From positions 12,090,001 to 12,154,000 of the forward strand of contig OZ210885.1 in the NCBI GenBank assembly GCA_964658305.1: a DNA stretch of 64,000 bases, read 5' to 3'. This stretch comes from Leptogorgia sarmentosa. Its lineage: Eukaryota. Below are positions 51,117-61,276 of the stretch, one piece after another; position 1 is the stretch's first letter; each line of letters starts with the position of its first letter. The notes under the pieces were generated by a model. It saw only the letters and a program-made list of their open reading frames with translations, was not told where the DNA came from and did not search any database. The position numbers and the translations under genes were made by a program.

Positions 51117-51363
51117 TTGACGATATCAAATTGTTCTCTAATGATTTTGTACTGACGAAGAAAAATATGGGATTAATGTATAATATCTCAGGCGTTCCAA
51201 CTCGATAGGAGGAGATTCTGTTCTCGACGGAAAGAAGTCACGTGATGACACATGTGATGAATGAGTTTGTATTTAAATGCAAAATTGACAAAACAGAGGC
51301 AATGAAAAAATTGATACTTTCCTTGAAGGTATATGTAGGTAATTAACCTAAGTCGACTACACA

Positions 51364-51414
51364 GGGGGTGTGGCTCAGTGGTGGAGCATTCGACTGCAGA
51401 TCGAGAGGTCGGTG
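51364..51414 (+). pseudogene. tRNA-Cys(GCA), 3'-truncated
   Basis: GCTCAGTGGTGGAGCATTCGACTGCAGATCGAGAGGTCGGTG, then diverges. Confidence 0.7.
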
Positions 51415-51486
51415 TTGTTACACCCATAAACTGGAAATCTTGAAAATTCTTGTTTTATCGATTTCGAAATACAAGGCTTTGCCAAG

Positions 51487-51569
51487 GTTGTCGTGGCCGA
51501 GTGGTTAAGGCGGCAGGATTTGAAATCTGTTGGGAAATTCCCGCGCAGGTTCAAATCCTGCCGACTACG
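51487..51569 (+). tRNA. tRNA-Ser(TGA), variant
   Basis: Ser body, anticodon TGA, 1-nt insertion in the anticodon stem. Confidence 0.6.
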
Positions 51570-51922
51570 ATCGCACCTCTAACTTTCAAATATCAGACTG
51601 TCACTCCGTACGACGCAGTTTTTCTATTTTGTATCTACATCATTATTTCCTTCTTGTGAACACGAATCCATAAAAATAATTAGGAAATCAGTACTTGATT
51701 GAATTGCATGCCATAGACCTATTTTTGCTGCTGCCAAATACTTAACATAGAATTATTAGAATCGCGTAGAATATTTTTTCTACTATCAAAAACGGTTAAT
51801 CTCGGGAATTCCTGAGAAAGAAAAATCTGACCGATGCTCGAGCCACTTCCGCCACGGTCTGGATCCGCGCCTGAGACGTCAATGTTAAGTTGAATAACGC
51901 GAAACCTCTTGGTTATTGCAAT

Positions 51923-52004
51923 GTAGTCGTGGTCGAGTGGTTAAGGCGACAGACTGGAAATCTGTTGGGAGGTTCCCGCGCAGGTTTGAATCCTGCCAAC
52001 TAAG
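51923..52004 (+). pseudogene. tRNA-Ser(GGA), probably a pseudogene
   Basis: ACAGA-CT-GGA-AA-TCTGT; B box GTTTGAA and acceptor mismatches. Confidence 0.65.
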
Positions 52005-52281
52005 TTAATGCAAATTTTCAATATTTTCGTCTGGAATGTAAACACGATTTTTTGGGGGAAAAACCCGATGAGAGAAAATTCTGTTCTCGGTGGTGATGGC
52101 TGAATGTTTAAATTTCATCTAAAAAATCAACGGAAAGAAGTGGCGTTTTTATTGTATTAAGGTTACGAAACATGCCAAAAAAGATTTTGTATTTGAATGT
52201 AAAATTGAAAACAAAGAGTATTTAATTGATTATAGCTGCGTTTGAAAGTATATGTGCGTAATTAACCTAGTAGAGAACACA

Positions 52282-52353
52282 GGGAGTGTAGCTCAGTGGT
52301 AGAGCATTCGACTGCAGATCGAGAGGTCGGTGGTTCAAATCCACCCGCTCCTT
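52282..52353 (+). tRNA. tRNA-Cys(GCA)
   Basis: GGGAGTGTAGCTCAGTGGTAGAGCATTCGACTGCAGATCGAGAGGTCGGTGGTTCAAATCCACCCGCTCCTT. Confidence 0.88.
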
Positions 52354-52533
52354 CTTATCCTATACCTATAAACTGGAAAACTTTCAAATTCTTTAAAGCA
52401 GGCTGATGGGAAATATGCGACCCAAAGAGTTGAGATGCATATACTACGATTCGTGTCAAATCTATCCACCCCTACTTGAAAACGATTACTAAAATATTTT
52501 GTTGGATTTTACTCGCAGAATGAAAATTTATTT

Positions 52534-52603
52534 GAGTGGTTAAGGCGACAGACTAGAAATCTGTTGGGAAATTCCCGCGCAGGTTCAAATCCTGTCGACT
52601 ACG
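52534..52603 (+). pseudogene. tRNA-Ser(AGA), 5'-truncated
   Basis: GAGTGGTTAAGGCGACAGACTAGAAATCTGT...GACTACG; first about 12 nt missing. Confidence 0.7.
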
Positions 52604-52856
52604 GAAGAGCAAATTCCCAGAATGTATTTGGCAAAATTTTGGTGTTATGGGTGGTTATGATTTGGGTGTAGGAGAAAAAAGAGAAAAGTTATAAAAAGAA
52701 GTTGTCGAAGAAACTTTTTTAAAGCAAAGTTTTCAACTTCTAGCTGGAGTCCGAAGGACGAGTGCTATTTGCGGTTTTCGGAAAACTCACGAATGTATGT
52801 TATTAAATAGTAATATCCATTATTTTTACATTTCTTTTGGGAACGTTTTTGAGTTG

Positions 52857-52862
52857 GTCTCT

Positions 52863-52906
<44 letters not shown>

Positions 52907-52930
52907 TTGGTTCGAGTCCAACCAGGGAAG
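52857..52930 (+). tRNA. tRNA-Asn(GTT)
   Basis: Same as 50853 except for a terminal acceptor mismatch. Confidence 0.82.
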
Positions 52931-53045
52931 TGTTTGGTGTGTTCAGACGTCGTGACGGCAAATGTAACCGAATTTTTTGCGCGGGGTTTTCTAAGGATTA
53001 CGAAAGCTTTCACAAAACAGAACGTCTTACTTGGTTAATTAACTG

Positions 53046-53117
53046 GGGCTTGCACGGGAATCGAACCCGTGACCTCTCGCACCCAAAGCGAGAATCATAC
53101 CACTAGACCAGCAAGCC
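53046..53117 (-). tRNA. tRNA-Pro(TGG)
   Basis: rc GGCTTGCTGGTCTAGTGGTATGATTCTCGCTTTGGGTGCGAGAGGTCACGGGTTCGATTCCCGTGCAAGCCC. Confidence 0.9.
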
Positions 53118-53228
53118 ATTGATGACATCAAAATGTTTTCTAATGTACTTTGTAGTGACGGAGAAAAATGGGGCATTAATGTAAAATGTCATCCGTTCCA
53201 AAACATTTTGCAATCTTTCAGCGAAGTC

Positions 53229-53300
53229 GCCGTGATCGTATAGTGATTAGCACATTGCGTTGTGGCCGCAATAACCCAGGTTCGAATCCTGGTCACGGCA
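53229..53300 (+). tRNA. tRNA-His(GTG)
   Basis: GCCGTGATCGTATAGTG...TTGCG-TT-GTG-GC-CGCAA...GTTCGAATCC...TCACGGCA; D-loop GG changed to GA. Confidence 0.85.
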
Positions 53301-53479
53301 TCTGTTTCAAACACCAAAAAGTATATTGTAACCACAATTGCAGGAATCGTCACCGTTGAAGTTCTGTTTATTGTTGCCGTTGCATATGGCCTTGGGCTGC
53401 CTTGGCTAAAAATCAGATTTTGAACAAAAACAATATGGATTATTTTTTGTTTCTTTTCGGAAGGTTTTCAATGGAGTAG

Positions 53480-53485
53480 GTCTCT

Positions 53486-53529
<44 letters not shown>

Positions 53530-53553
53530 TTGGTTCGAGTCCAACCAGGGACG
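53480..53553 (+). tRNA. tRNA-Asn(GTT)
   Basis: Identical to 50853. Confidence 0.9.
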
Positions 53554-53622
53554 TGTTTGGGTGGGGTTTTCTAAGGATTTACGAAAGCTTTCAAAAAATA
53601 CAACGTCTTACTTGGTTAATTA

Positions 53623-53669
53623 AGGGCTTGCATGGGAATCGAACCCGTGACCTCTCGCACCCAAAGCGA
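53623..53669 (-). pseudogene. tRNA-Pro(TGG) 3' half
   Basis: GGGCTTGCATGGGAATCGAACCCGTGACCTCTCGCACCCAAAGCGA, then truncated. Confidence 0.7.
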
Positions 53670-54078
53670 AAATCAATAATTAATATAAATTTCAAAAGTT
53701 CACGTTTCTTATCCATATTTTGGGAAAACTCGTAATTTCATCAATGACGGAAAAAAAGTAAAATTAATATTTTCCGATATCAACCTCTTTTACGCGTTGG
53801 CACGATTAATAAAGAATTAATTCCAGCAACAAAAGATTCAGGAATAATGCCCACAAATTGATTCATAATGTACATATTAGTTTTGTATCGTTTTTTAAAT
53901 TCTTGATTTTAAGTCCTTCATTTTGTTATTGGGTAAAGGAGCTTTTTACAGAGTATGCCTTTATGACCCACGTTCTATTCCCGGCGTGGGAATTTTTTCT
54001 GAAAATTTCAATCTGAAGCAGCTTGTGTTCACATTTTCAAACTCGTTCTCTCAAACCAAACCATTTTAACAGCGCTAC

Positions 54079-54151
54079 GACCTTGTGGCGCAATTGGTAG
54101 CGCGTCTAATTCCACATCAGAAGGTTAAGTGTTCAATTCACTTTAAGGTCA
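54079..54151 (+). tRNA. tRNA-Trp(CCA), degenerate
   Basis: GACCTTG...AAGGTCA acceptor; anticodon loop TT-CCA-CA; stem mismatches. Confidence 0.6.
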
Positions 54152-54247
54152 AGCACTTCTGGCCACGCTGTCTCTCGACATTCTCTTCGAAATTCAAATT
54201 AAAAATATTATCGTTATTTTCACATTCCTGGAAAAGGTAAATGTTTC

Positions 54248-54307
54248 TCCCATGTGGTCAAGTGGTCAGGATCTGGCGCTCTCACCGCCAAGGCCCGGGT
54301 TCGATTC
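54248..54307 (+). pseudogene. tRNA-Glu(CTC), 3'-truncated
   Basis: TGGCG-CT-CTC-AC-CGCCA; ends after GTTCGATTC. Confidence 0.7.
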
Positions 54308-54554
54308 GAGAGATTTGCAAAACCATTGCTATTATACTAGCTCTATCCCTCTTACCCATTCTTTTGGTGTTTTCTGTATTTAAGTCCTTATTGACAGGAT
54401 CTTGCTTTTCCACAAAGAAAATTATTTTGTTGATCATGTTTAAAGTGTAACAATTTCCTGGAACTTACTCTGATTTACTATTTGAAGATATTTGGTGCAA
54501 ATGTCCGCCACCTTGGGGAATATGAACATTATAACGTAAGAACTGGGAGACTTT

Positions 54555-54625
54555 GCGTTGGTGGTTCAGTGGCAGAATTCTCGCCTGCCACGCGGGAGAC
54601 CGGGGTTCGATTCCCCGCTAACGCA
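54555..54625 (+). tRNA. tRNA-Gly(GCC)
   Basis: GCGTTGGTGGTTCAGTGGCAGAATTCTCGCCTGCCACGCGGGAGACCGGGGTTCGATTCCCCGCTAACGCA. Confidence 0.9.
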
Positions 54626-54715
54626 GATTAGTTTCATTTTGTTGCATTTCAATTCCAACTGCAGCACGAGAAACAAACTGGCTTTGTAACACAGGAATAG
54701 TCAACAAATTATCAC

Positions 54716-54787
54716 TCCCATGTGGTCTAGTGGTTAGGATCTGGCGTTTTCACCGCCATGGCCCGGGTTCGATTCCCGGCGTGGGAA
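54716..54787 (+). tRNA. tRNA-Glu(TTC)
   Basis: Intact stems, A and B boxes, T-run terminator. Confidence 0.9.
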
Positions 54788-55003
54788 TTTTTTCTGAAAA
54801 TTTCAATTTGAAGCAGCTTGTGTTCACCTTCTCAAACTCTGCTGTTTTACTAGACTTTAGAAGAAGTTCACCTTCGCATCAATTGTCCCTTCCTCGGTGA
54901 TTTTTTTTTCAACTAACTGTGACTTGCAAACAGGACATTGTAAGAGAAACGTAATGAAATTCGCTACCTTATGCAATGTTTCAAAAGCCTAGTAGAATCT
55001 ACT

Positions 55004-55075
55004 AGGTTCTGCCGAGACTTGAACTCGGTTAGATGGATTCAAAGTCCAAAGGGCTAACCATTACACCACAGAACC
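55004..55075 (-). tRNA. tRNA-Gln(TTG), variant
   Basis: Perfect acceptor GGTTCTG/CAGAACC; changes in the variable region. Confidence 0.7.
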
Positions 55076-55431
55076 TTAACACGATAATATCCAGATGATT
55101 TCGTATTCCTGTTTCAGCCAATCAGCGCTCAGAAAGGGTTGTCCGAATAGAAATCCATTTTGCTATATCCACACGATAATATCTTTCGTTATTCTGTATG
55201 AAACTATTTGAAATTTTGTATTCGTGTTTGGTTATGAGAACTATAGCTCTGACAAAAATATGGAATCGAAATAAAGTATATTATGAGAGATATTCAGTTG
55301 TTTCGGTCGAGAAATGGATTCCTATTTGACAGCTAGTCCCAGTCCTTTTCGGTGTATCGGGATCGCCCGGATAAATGTTCCGAATTGTTTAACGTTTCTT
55401 CATTTCTGTGATACAGAAAGGCATCTTTTTC

Positions 55432-55513
55432 AACGATGTGGCCGAGTGGCCTAAGGCGCTGGTTTAAGGCACCAGTCATTTTGATGAGGTGGGTTCGAAT
55501 CCCACCGCTGCCA
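55432..55513 (+). pseudogene. tRNA-Leu(AAG), 5' end lost
   Basis: Same body as Leu(CAG/TAG), anticodon AAG. Confidence 0.65.
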
Positions 55514-55966
55514 AATTTTCCTTGTTCATCGACGTTGTGGTTGATTCAGCTCACATAAGTTTCACACGCTGACGCTTCTTATCCATATTTTGGAAAAACT
55601 CACGATTTCATCCATAACGGTAAAAATAGTAAAATTCTAAATTCTTGAATTTTTCACTTCTTTATCATTTTACCCGTTAAAGAGCTTTTATAAACGAGTA
55701 TATATCGCTTTTGCACTACACGAAATGTATGGCAAACCCTCAATTTCACCGTCGAAAACGTTAGCAACATAATACAAAAATAAAATAAACACAGTATTTC
55801 CGGTGACCATTCAAATTTCCCAATGGTATTAAAACCGTAGAAAAAATTGTAACAAAATAGTTGTCAAGAGAAAATCAGAACGGGATGTGGCATGTTCAGA
55901 ACGGGATGTGGCATGTTGAAGGTATCAAAGAATAAATTTGGTAGGAAATTCTATGTTTTCATGCGT

Positions 55967-56097
55967 GTCAGGATGGCCGAGCGGTCTAAGGCGCCAGCCG
56001 CCAGACTCAAGTGCAAAAACTTGTCACGATCAACCTTGACATAATAGGGCGTTCTGGTCCACACATGTGGTCGTGGGTTCGAATCCCACTCCTGACA
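55967..56097 (+). tRNA. tRNA-Leu(CAA) with 40-nt intron and a 7-nt duplication
   Basis: GTCAGGATGGCCGAGCGGTCTAAGGCG...CCAGA-CT-CAA-G [intron 56012-56051] T-TCTGG...TCCTGACA; CGCCAG duplicated. Confidence 0.75.
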
Positions 56098-56228
56098 ACA
56101 AATTTACAAAAAATTGAGAACATTTCTTTGCAGAGCTGATCTATTTACACAAATTCGATATCACCAAGAATATTTTTCCAAAAAATTCCAAAGAAAAAAA
56201 TGTCCGCAGTTAAAAAAGCTCATATGTA

Positions 56229-56301
56229 TGTTTCCGCCCAGGTTCGAACTGAGGACCTTGCGCGTGTTAAGCGCATGTGATAACCACTACACTACGGAAG
56301 C
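56229..56301 (-). tRNA. tRNA-Val(AAC)
   Basis: rc GCTTCCGTAGTGTAGTGGTTATCACATGCGCTTAACACGCGCAAGGTCCTCAGTTCGAACCTGGGCGGAAACA. Confidence 0.82.
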
Positions 56302-56612
56302 TGACCTACCCGCAAAATAATATAATCAGTTTAGATAATTATTGTTCGAAATTTGTGGTGCCATTTCGTGGTTTTAAGTTACAACTTTCACACAAGAAGT
56401 CAATAAGCGGGGAACTCTTCACAGGAAGTGAGGAACTTCTAACAGACTTATCGACTCTGGAAGTAATCGTTTGTCAAAGGTAGAAAACCAGGACATATAA
56501 TCTGAATTTTAATCATTTTGCAATATGAATGAATTAGTGAAGAATAGCAAAGGTAAATTAGGTAATAAAATTCAACAGCAAGCTTGTGAAAGCAACCGGG
56601 AGTTGTCAACGT

Positions 56613-56697
56613 GCCTCATTAGCTCAGGGGTTAGAGCACTTGTCTAGTAAAACAGCTAGTAAACCAGGGGTCCAGAGTTCAAATCTCTGATGAGGCT
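56613..56697 (+). tRNA. tRNA-Thr(AGT) with a 12-nt insertion after the anticodon
   Basis: GCCTCAT/ATGAGGC acceptor; CTAGTAAAACAG CTAGTAAACCAG duplication. Confidence 0.65.
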
Positions 56698-56859
56698 CAA
56701 TTTTTCTCGATTTCTTCGAAGCACGGTGAAGACAATTGAAACGAATATGTTACATGAGCTATCCAAGATGTGGAGACTGATTAAATAAAAATAAATAAAT
56801 AACCTAATCAAAGAGCCTTATGTACGATATAGCATCTTAGAAGGTTTCACCTGCTGGTC

Positions 56860-56942
56860 GCCTCATTAGCTCAGGGGTATAGAGTACAGGGAGTACAGGT
56901 TTCGTAAACCAGGGGTGCAGAGTTCAATTCTCTGATGAGTCT
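56860..56942 (+). pseudogene. tRNA-Thr(CGT) with a 9-nt duplication
   Basis: GCCTCATTAGCTCAGGGG...GAGTACAGG GAGTACAGG T TT CGT AA ACCAG. Confidence 0.65.
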
Positions 56943-57860
56943 ATGAGGATAAATGTTGGTAAAATAAGTTTTTGTAAATCGTGTAAAAACATATTTCGAA
57001 GTGAATTCTTGGGATATTATGAAATGTGAATAGACGCCAATTTTCTAAAGATTTTTTTTAGTGAAACAGACGTCAGCAGTAGTACTCACTGCGAAAGCGA
57101 AAAATGTGGTAGAATTCAATAGAATCGTTCATGTGCAACCATCCGCATTTCGCAGGCACAATTTCTCGCGAAATATTTCGCCGTCGTGGAATCTGGCCTT
57201 AAGGCCTAGAAGTAATCGCGTTTGTTAATGGAGTTACTGGTTATTCAATTTTTGACATCGAACAAAAAATCCCATGCTCGTTTTCTACATAAAGTTGTTA
57301 ATCTTCATAGCTTAGCTTAGTTTGATGTTATTGCTGAAGTTGTTTATTTTTTACTGTAAATATAGTTCCTGTAAAACTCAACTTTTGGTAGTTTTTATTA
57401 TCTCTAAGGTTCGTACAGGCTAAAAATATGGTATCAATTAACAAGAAAATATATCAATGTTTCAAAATCGGTTATCATAATACATCATGCATTTCATTGT
57501 AAGAAATAAAGAAAGAAATTGAACATTTCAAACATTGACACATCTCTATTGAAATTTGGCTAAGTAAGGTTGACATAGTATGAAACATTTAGGAACTCGT
57601 AGATTTTCTAGTTTTCATGGTGGAAGGGTGAGTGATGTAGTTAATTTCAGTGTGTGGTGTTCATTCAAGACGTAGAATTGCCAATCTAAAACTTCTCAGT
57701 CACTTTCAGATGTTTGGTTTCGACAAATTTGAGAACGTTCGATTTGAAAAATGTGACTTTGAAATTTTTCAAATCTAATCTGTCAGTGCTATAGTAATTT
57801 ACAGATTAGTGTTTTGGTCCCCCGAATGCTATCCCTCATCACTATACTCCTAACTGTTTT

Positions 57861-59018
57861 TTACCCCGCTCTAACCCCCCAGTCTTTGTAATCTCTTGCT
57901 TTGCAATAATCCGCTTTAAGACCCTCCTTATGCCATTTTCCTTCAGCTATTGCCTCACAAATTTGACACCAGTGACCAAATTTTCTGTCCCAATATTGTC
58001 CTATAATTGTGTTACTTATATCACCCAGACCTTTCGTTTTCCATTCCAAAAATTTATTGTACTCCGTCTTATTGTTCATTAGGAATCTGAGGCGATCAGC
58101 CAAATCCTTTGGGGACTTGAAATCTCTAACATTCACAATAGCATTCTTTAGGTTTCCTGGCAAGAATTCGTAAATTTTATCTGTACTCATGACTACCGGT
58201 ACTGCACCAGCATTCAATGCATGAAGAATTTGATCGTCAACGAAATAATCACAATCTTGGTTAAAGAATACGATAATAAATTTATAGGACCGTTCAAGAT
58301 TTTTTTTAACTTCTTTAAAATTAGTACTGTAGCGCTTTGCCAAACCATTTTTGTTGTGCAAACAGGCACCATAGGAGTCGACTTTAATATATTTCATCAA
58401 TTCTCTCAAGTAGGCCGTTCTCACTCGTTCGCAGTGACTGAAAGCGGCCATAATACCTCCAGTTTTGTTTTCAAAAGCAATTGGGGAATCTAGATTTGGT
58501 TTTTTGAATAGAGGTGTTGGAAAATCGGAATCCAGTCGATAACTTCTTAGTAAATGAAACTGTGACATGTATTTTGGATCCTTTAATACCCCGGTGTAAA
58601 CAGGATTTTCAAGAGTAGTAAGAACCCAAGGAATATGCTTAGACGGGGGTAATGGTTTTGGATCTCTTGCATGAACAATAAAAGCTTTAGCTTCTTTAAT
58701 ACGGGAACGATTTGCTGTCACTTCACACGCCACTGGACATTGACCGCGCTCGTTACCTTTTCCCCAAACTCCCTCGGCTCTTGATGCTGGTTTCTTCCAC
58801 AATTTGGACCAAAACAATAGAACGATTTTCTCGTCTTGTTTATATAAATCATTGGCAACAGCTGCGTGTGGCAATGCAGGTGGAAATATTTTCAGAACAC
58901 TGCTTTTAATGAAGAAATTGCCTCCTTTGATATACACCACTAATGTTCCACTGAAAACGACAAGTATCAGGAAAATGTAGAAAAAAATGAAATTTCTAGT
59001 GGGTTTTGAGATGGCCAT
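57861..59018 (-). CDS. Glycosyltransferase family 10, alpha-(1,3)-fucosyltransferase-like (type II membrane protein, 385 aa)
   Basis: N-terminal TM segment; LENP, SYRLDSD, SHC..R, VDSYGAC, YKF...CDY...ALNAGAVPVV, VNVRDFKSPKDLADRL, Y..FLEWK motifs; single coding exon; likely 5' UTR acceptor near 59063. Confidence 0.9.
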   Translation of the reverse strand: MAISKPTRNFIFFYIFLILVVFSGTLVVYIKGGNFFIKSSVLKIFPPALPHAAVANDLYKQDEKIVLLFWSKLWKKPASRAEGVWGKGNERGQCPVACEVTANRSRIKEAKAFIVHARDPKPLPPSKHIPWVLTTLENPVYTGVLKDPKYMSQFHLLRSYRLDSDFPTPLFKKPNLDSPIAFENKTGGIMAAFSHCERVRTAYLRELMKYIKVDSYGACLHNKNGLAKRYSTNFKEVKKNLERSYKFIIVFFNQDCDYFVDDQILHALNAGAVPVVMSTDKIYEFLPGNLKNAIVNVRDFKSPKDLADRLRFLMNNKTEYNKFLEWKTKGLGDISNTIIGQYWDRKFGHWCQICEAIAEGKWHKEGLKADYCKARDYKDWGVRAG

Positions 59019-59542
59019 AACGTTGCACGAGTCAATTTTCCCAATGGTGAAAATTCATAAAACTGCAATGCAAGAGATACAGAATGCATTTGCTTTAGTA
59101 TAATTATAATCCAAGAGAGAATCTATGAGTCGCCATTCGCCCATCATGCATGTAAACAATTTTGACAAGGAACCCAAGCCTACTGAAGCTTCAAGCTGTC
59201 GACTGTCTTATATATAAAAGTATTGAATGAATTGAATGATATCGTCCCTTGAGTCGATTATAATAGATTTGAAGGGCAACATCGATCTACTGTTCGGATT
59301 TGATCAAAGTGAATACCTGTTTTACATTGGGAATGGCGATATTACCATTTTATGGACGCGCGGTGGGAAAAAATGGAACAAGCACGTTCAAATAAATGCA
59401 TAAAGTAAATATATGTGGTATTACGTATCAATCGAATGAACTAAATACGGTTTAAAATTATGGTTTTCTTGTTTTAACGAGTTGACTATGTTACTGCATC
59501 AAGTGTGCCCTCATTTTAACCGCTTTGGTGAGTATGTTACAG

Positions 59543-60283
59543 GATACATCTGGCGAGGGAAGTAATTAGTATGCAAAACTTGACCCCTGGAAGTAATTAG
59601 TATGCAAGGGGTTTAATGAATTTACTTGTTGTGATAGTATGTTATGGCGGCATTAACCTGGGGAATAACGAATGAGACTTAATGTTCTTGCAAGAAGTTT
59701 ATTAACCCCTTAACTTTTTGTTCGATTTTGGGCACTTTTTTAACTTTTTTAAAGTCACTCACAAGTCATTTAAAAACACTCCAAATGCGTTTAAAAGCAC
59801 TTTGAAGCGGTTTGCATTGATATTTGAGGCGCTTTTCAAAAGTTGAAAAAGTAGCCAAAATCGACCAAAAAGTTAAGGTTAATCATAAAAACATTGTTCA
59901 TGTACTTTTAGAAGTCCTATAGAGAATTTTAGTTTACAGGTACATTCTGAGGAAATCGATATCTAATATTTAATGGTCTTCATCCTCGCTGTCCCCTGTA
60001 AAGGTGTAATCATTTAACAGCTTTTTGATCAGAAATTTTCTGTTATGAAAAGCTGCTTGAATAGCTTCTTCGGGATCAAAATTATCGTCGTTCACAAAGG
60101 GATCTTTTGTTTGCATTATTTTCTTATGCACTGGGTCATTCTTTAGTTGTTTCATCCACGAAAGACGATTCATATAGATACTTTCCAGCTCATTTTAGAG
60201 CTTAGCCAGGAATTCGGAGTAAGCTTTTTGTCCAGCGGATTGCTCATCCAAGCCACTATGTATCAAATTCGTCTTCATTTCTT
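59543..60283. mobile_element. Polinton remnant related to 2079-4232
   Basis: GGAAGTAATTAGTATGCAA motifs; 59640-60283 aligns by eye with about 2400-2852, including the 3' half of the accessory ORF. Confidence 0.8.
59706..59878. mobile_element. piggyBac-like MITE
   Basis: TTAA|CCCCTTAACTTTTTG...CAAAAAGTTAAGG|TTAA; empty TTAA site visible in the paralog at about 2460. Confidence 0.75.
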
Positions 60284-60771
60284 GACCCTAACGTTATGAC
60301 AGTCTAACCCTAAACACTATGAAGCGAGAAAAAATGTCTTCAAAACTTTTTGAAAAAAATAAACAAGTCTTCCGGCGAAAAGAAATTGCAGCCCCACCAC
60401 GCTTCGGTTTGTTGTGTGCTGTGTGCTGCGATCCTTAACAAACGCGCTGGCAGCCAGCTCACAGAAAGTTCACCGTAAGCAAACAATTTTATATTAGGCT
60501 GCGACTTTGTGACTGCCGGTCACTTAGTACATTTTGAAACCTGACTGGCTGGCGGTCAAATAGTACGTTCTTGATATACCCAATTTATACATTTCAAGAA
60601 ATATTTTATACTTTTATATTGCTTGGATAGACAGATAGACTTTTTGTACTCTTCAAGAAAGTACTATATAACAATTCATTCGATTGAATGATGTTGATTG
60701 TTTTGTGGAAATGCCAGCACGCCACTGCTGCAAGCTAATTACTTACGACGCTCTTCATATTTACTTTACTA

Positions 60772-61175
60772 CCTTATTCGTACTTAATTTCGCGCGTACT
60801 TAATTTCGCGATTTTGTCGAAGCCATATTTAGCAAGACTTTATTTTCGCGATTTTGATGACCGAAAATAGAAAAAGGGCATTAAATTTCGCGAAAACAGA
60901 TTTTCAAAACCATCATTTATTGAATTGAATTGTAACTTTTATTGAAATTTATATATGCCGATGTCGGTAAAACGATATGCGAGCTGTACATGTTGTTGTT
61001 GAACATATATATTGAGAAATTAATGTTTAACAATTCTAATTTTTTTACTAATGTATTTAATTTCGCGTGGTTAAATTTCGCGAGGATTTCTATTCGCGCG
61101 ACTTTAATTTCGCGATTTTTTTTCAATCGCGAAAATCGCGAAATTAAAGTCACGCGAAATTAAGTACGAATAAGG
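60772..61175. mobile_element. MITE with TA TSD inserted into a Polinton terminal region
   Basis: TA|CCTTATTCGTACTTAATTTCGCG...CGCGAAATTAAGTACGAATAAGG|TA; flanks rejoin to match the reverse complement of about 2310-2370. Confidence 0.85.
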
Positions 61176-61177
61176 TA

Positions 61178-61276
61178 CTTGACATTTATTCAACTGTCAC
61201 ACGGCCTTTTATATATCTTAAACATTTATTCGCACTTTTTTACCGAAAATGCGTACAGGTATACTTTTATAACACG
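61178..61276. mobile_element. Diverged Polinton right-TIR segment
   Basis: GACATTTATTCAACT...TTTTACCGAAAAT...TACTTTTATAACACGG matches 3992-4100. Confidence 0.75.

Noticed and set aside
51923..52004. Functional tRNA-Ser(GGA), an anticodon rare in eukaryotes
   Set aside because: B box and acceptor stem are mutated; more likely a drifted pseudogene. The same applies to Gly(ACC) at 46412.
46464..56483. Short ORFs across the tRNA cluster
   Set aside because: Incidental translations of tRNA genes and spacers.
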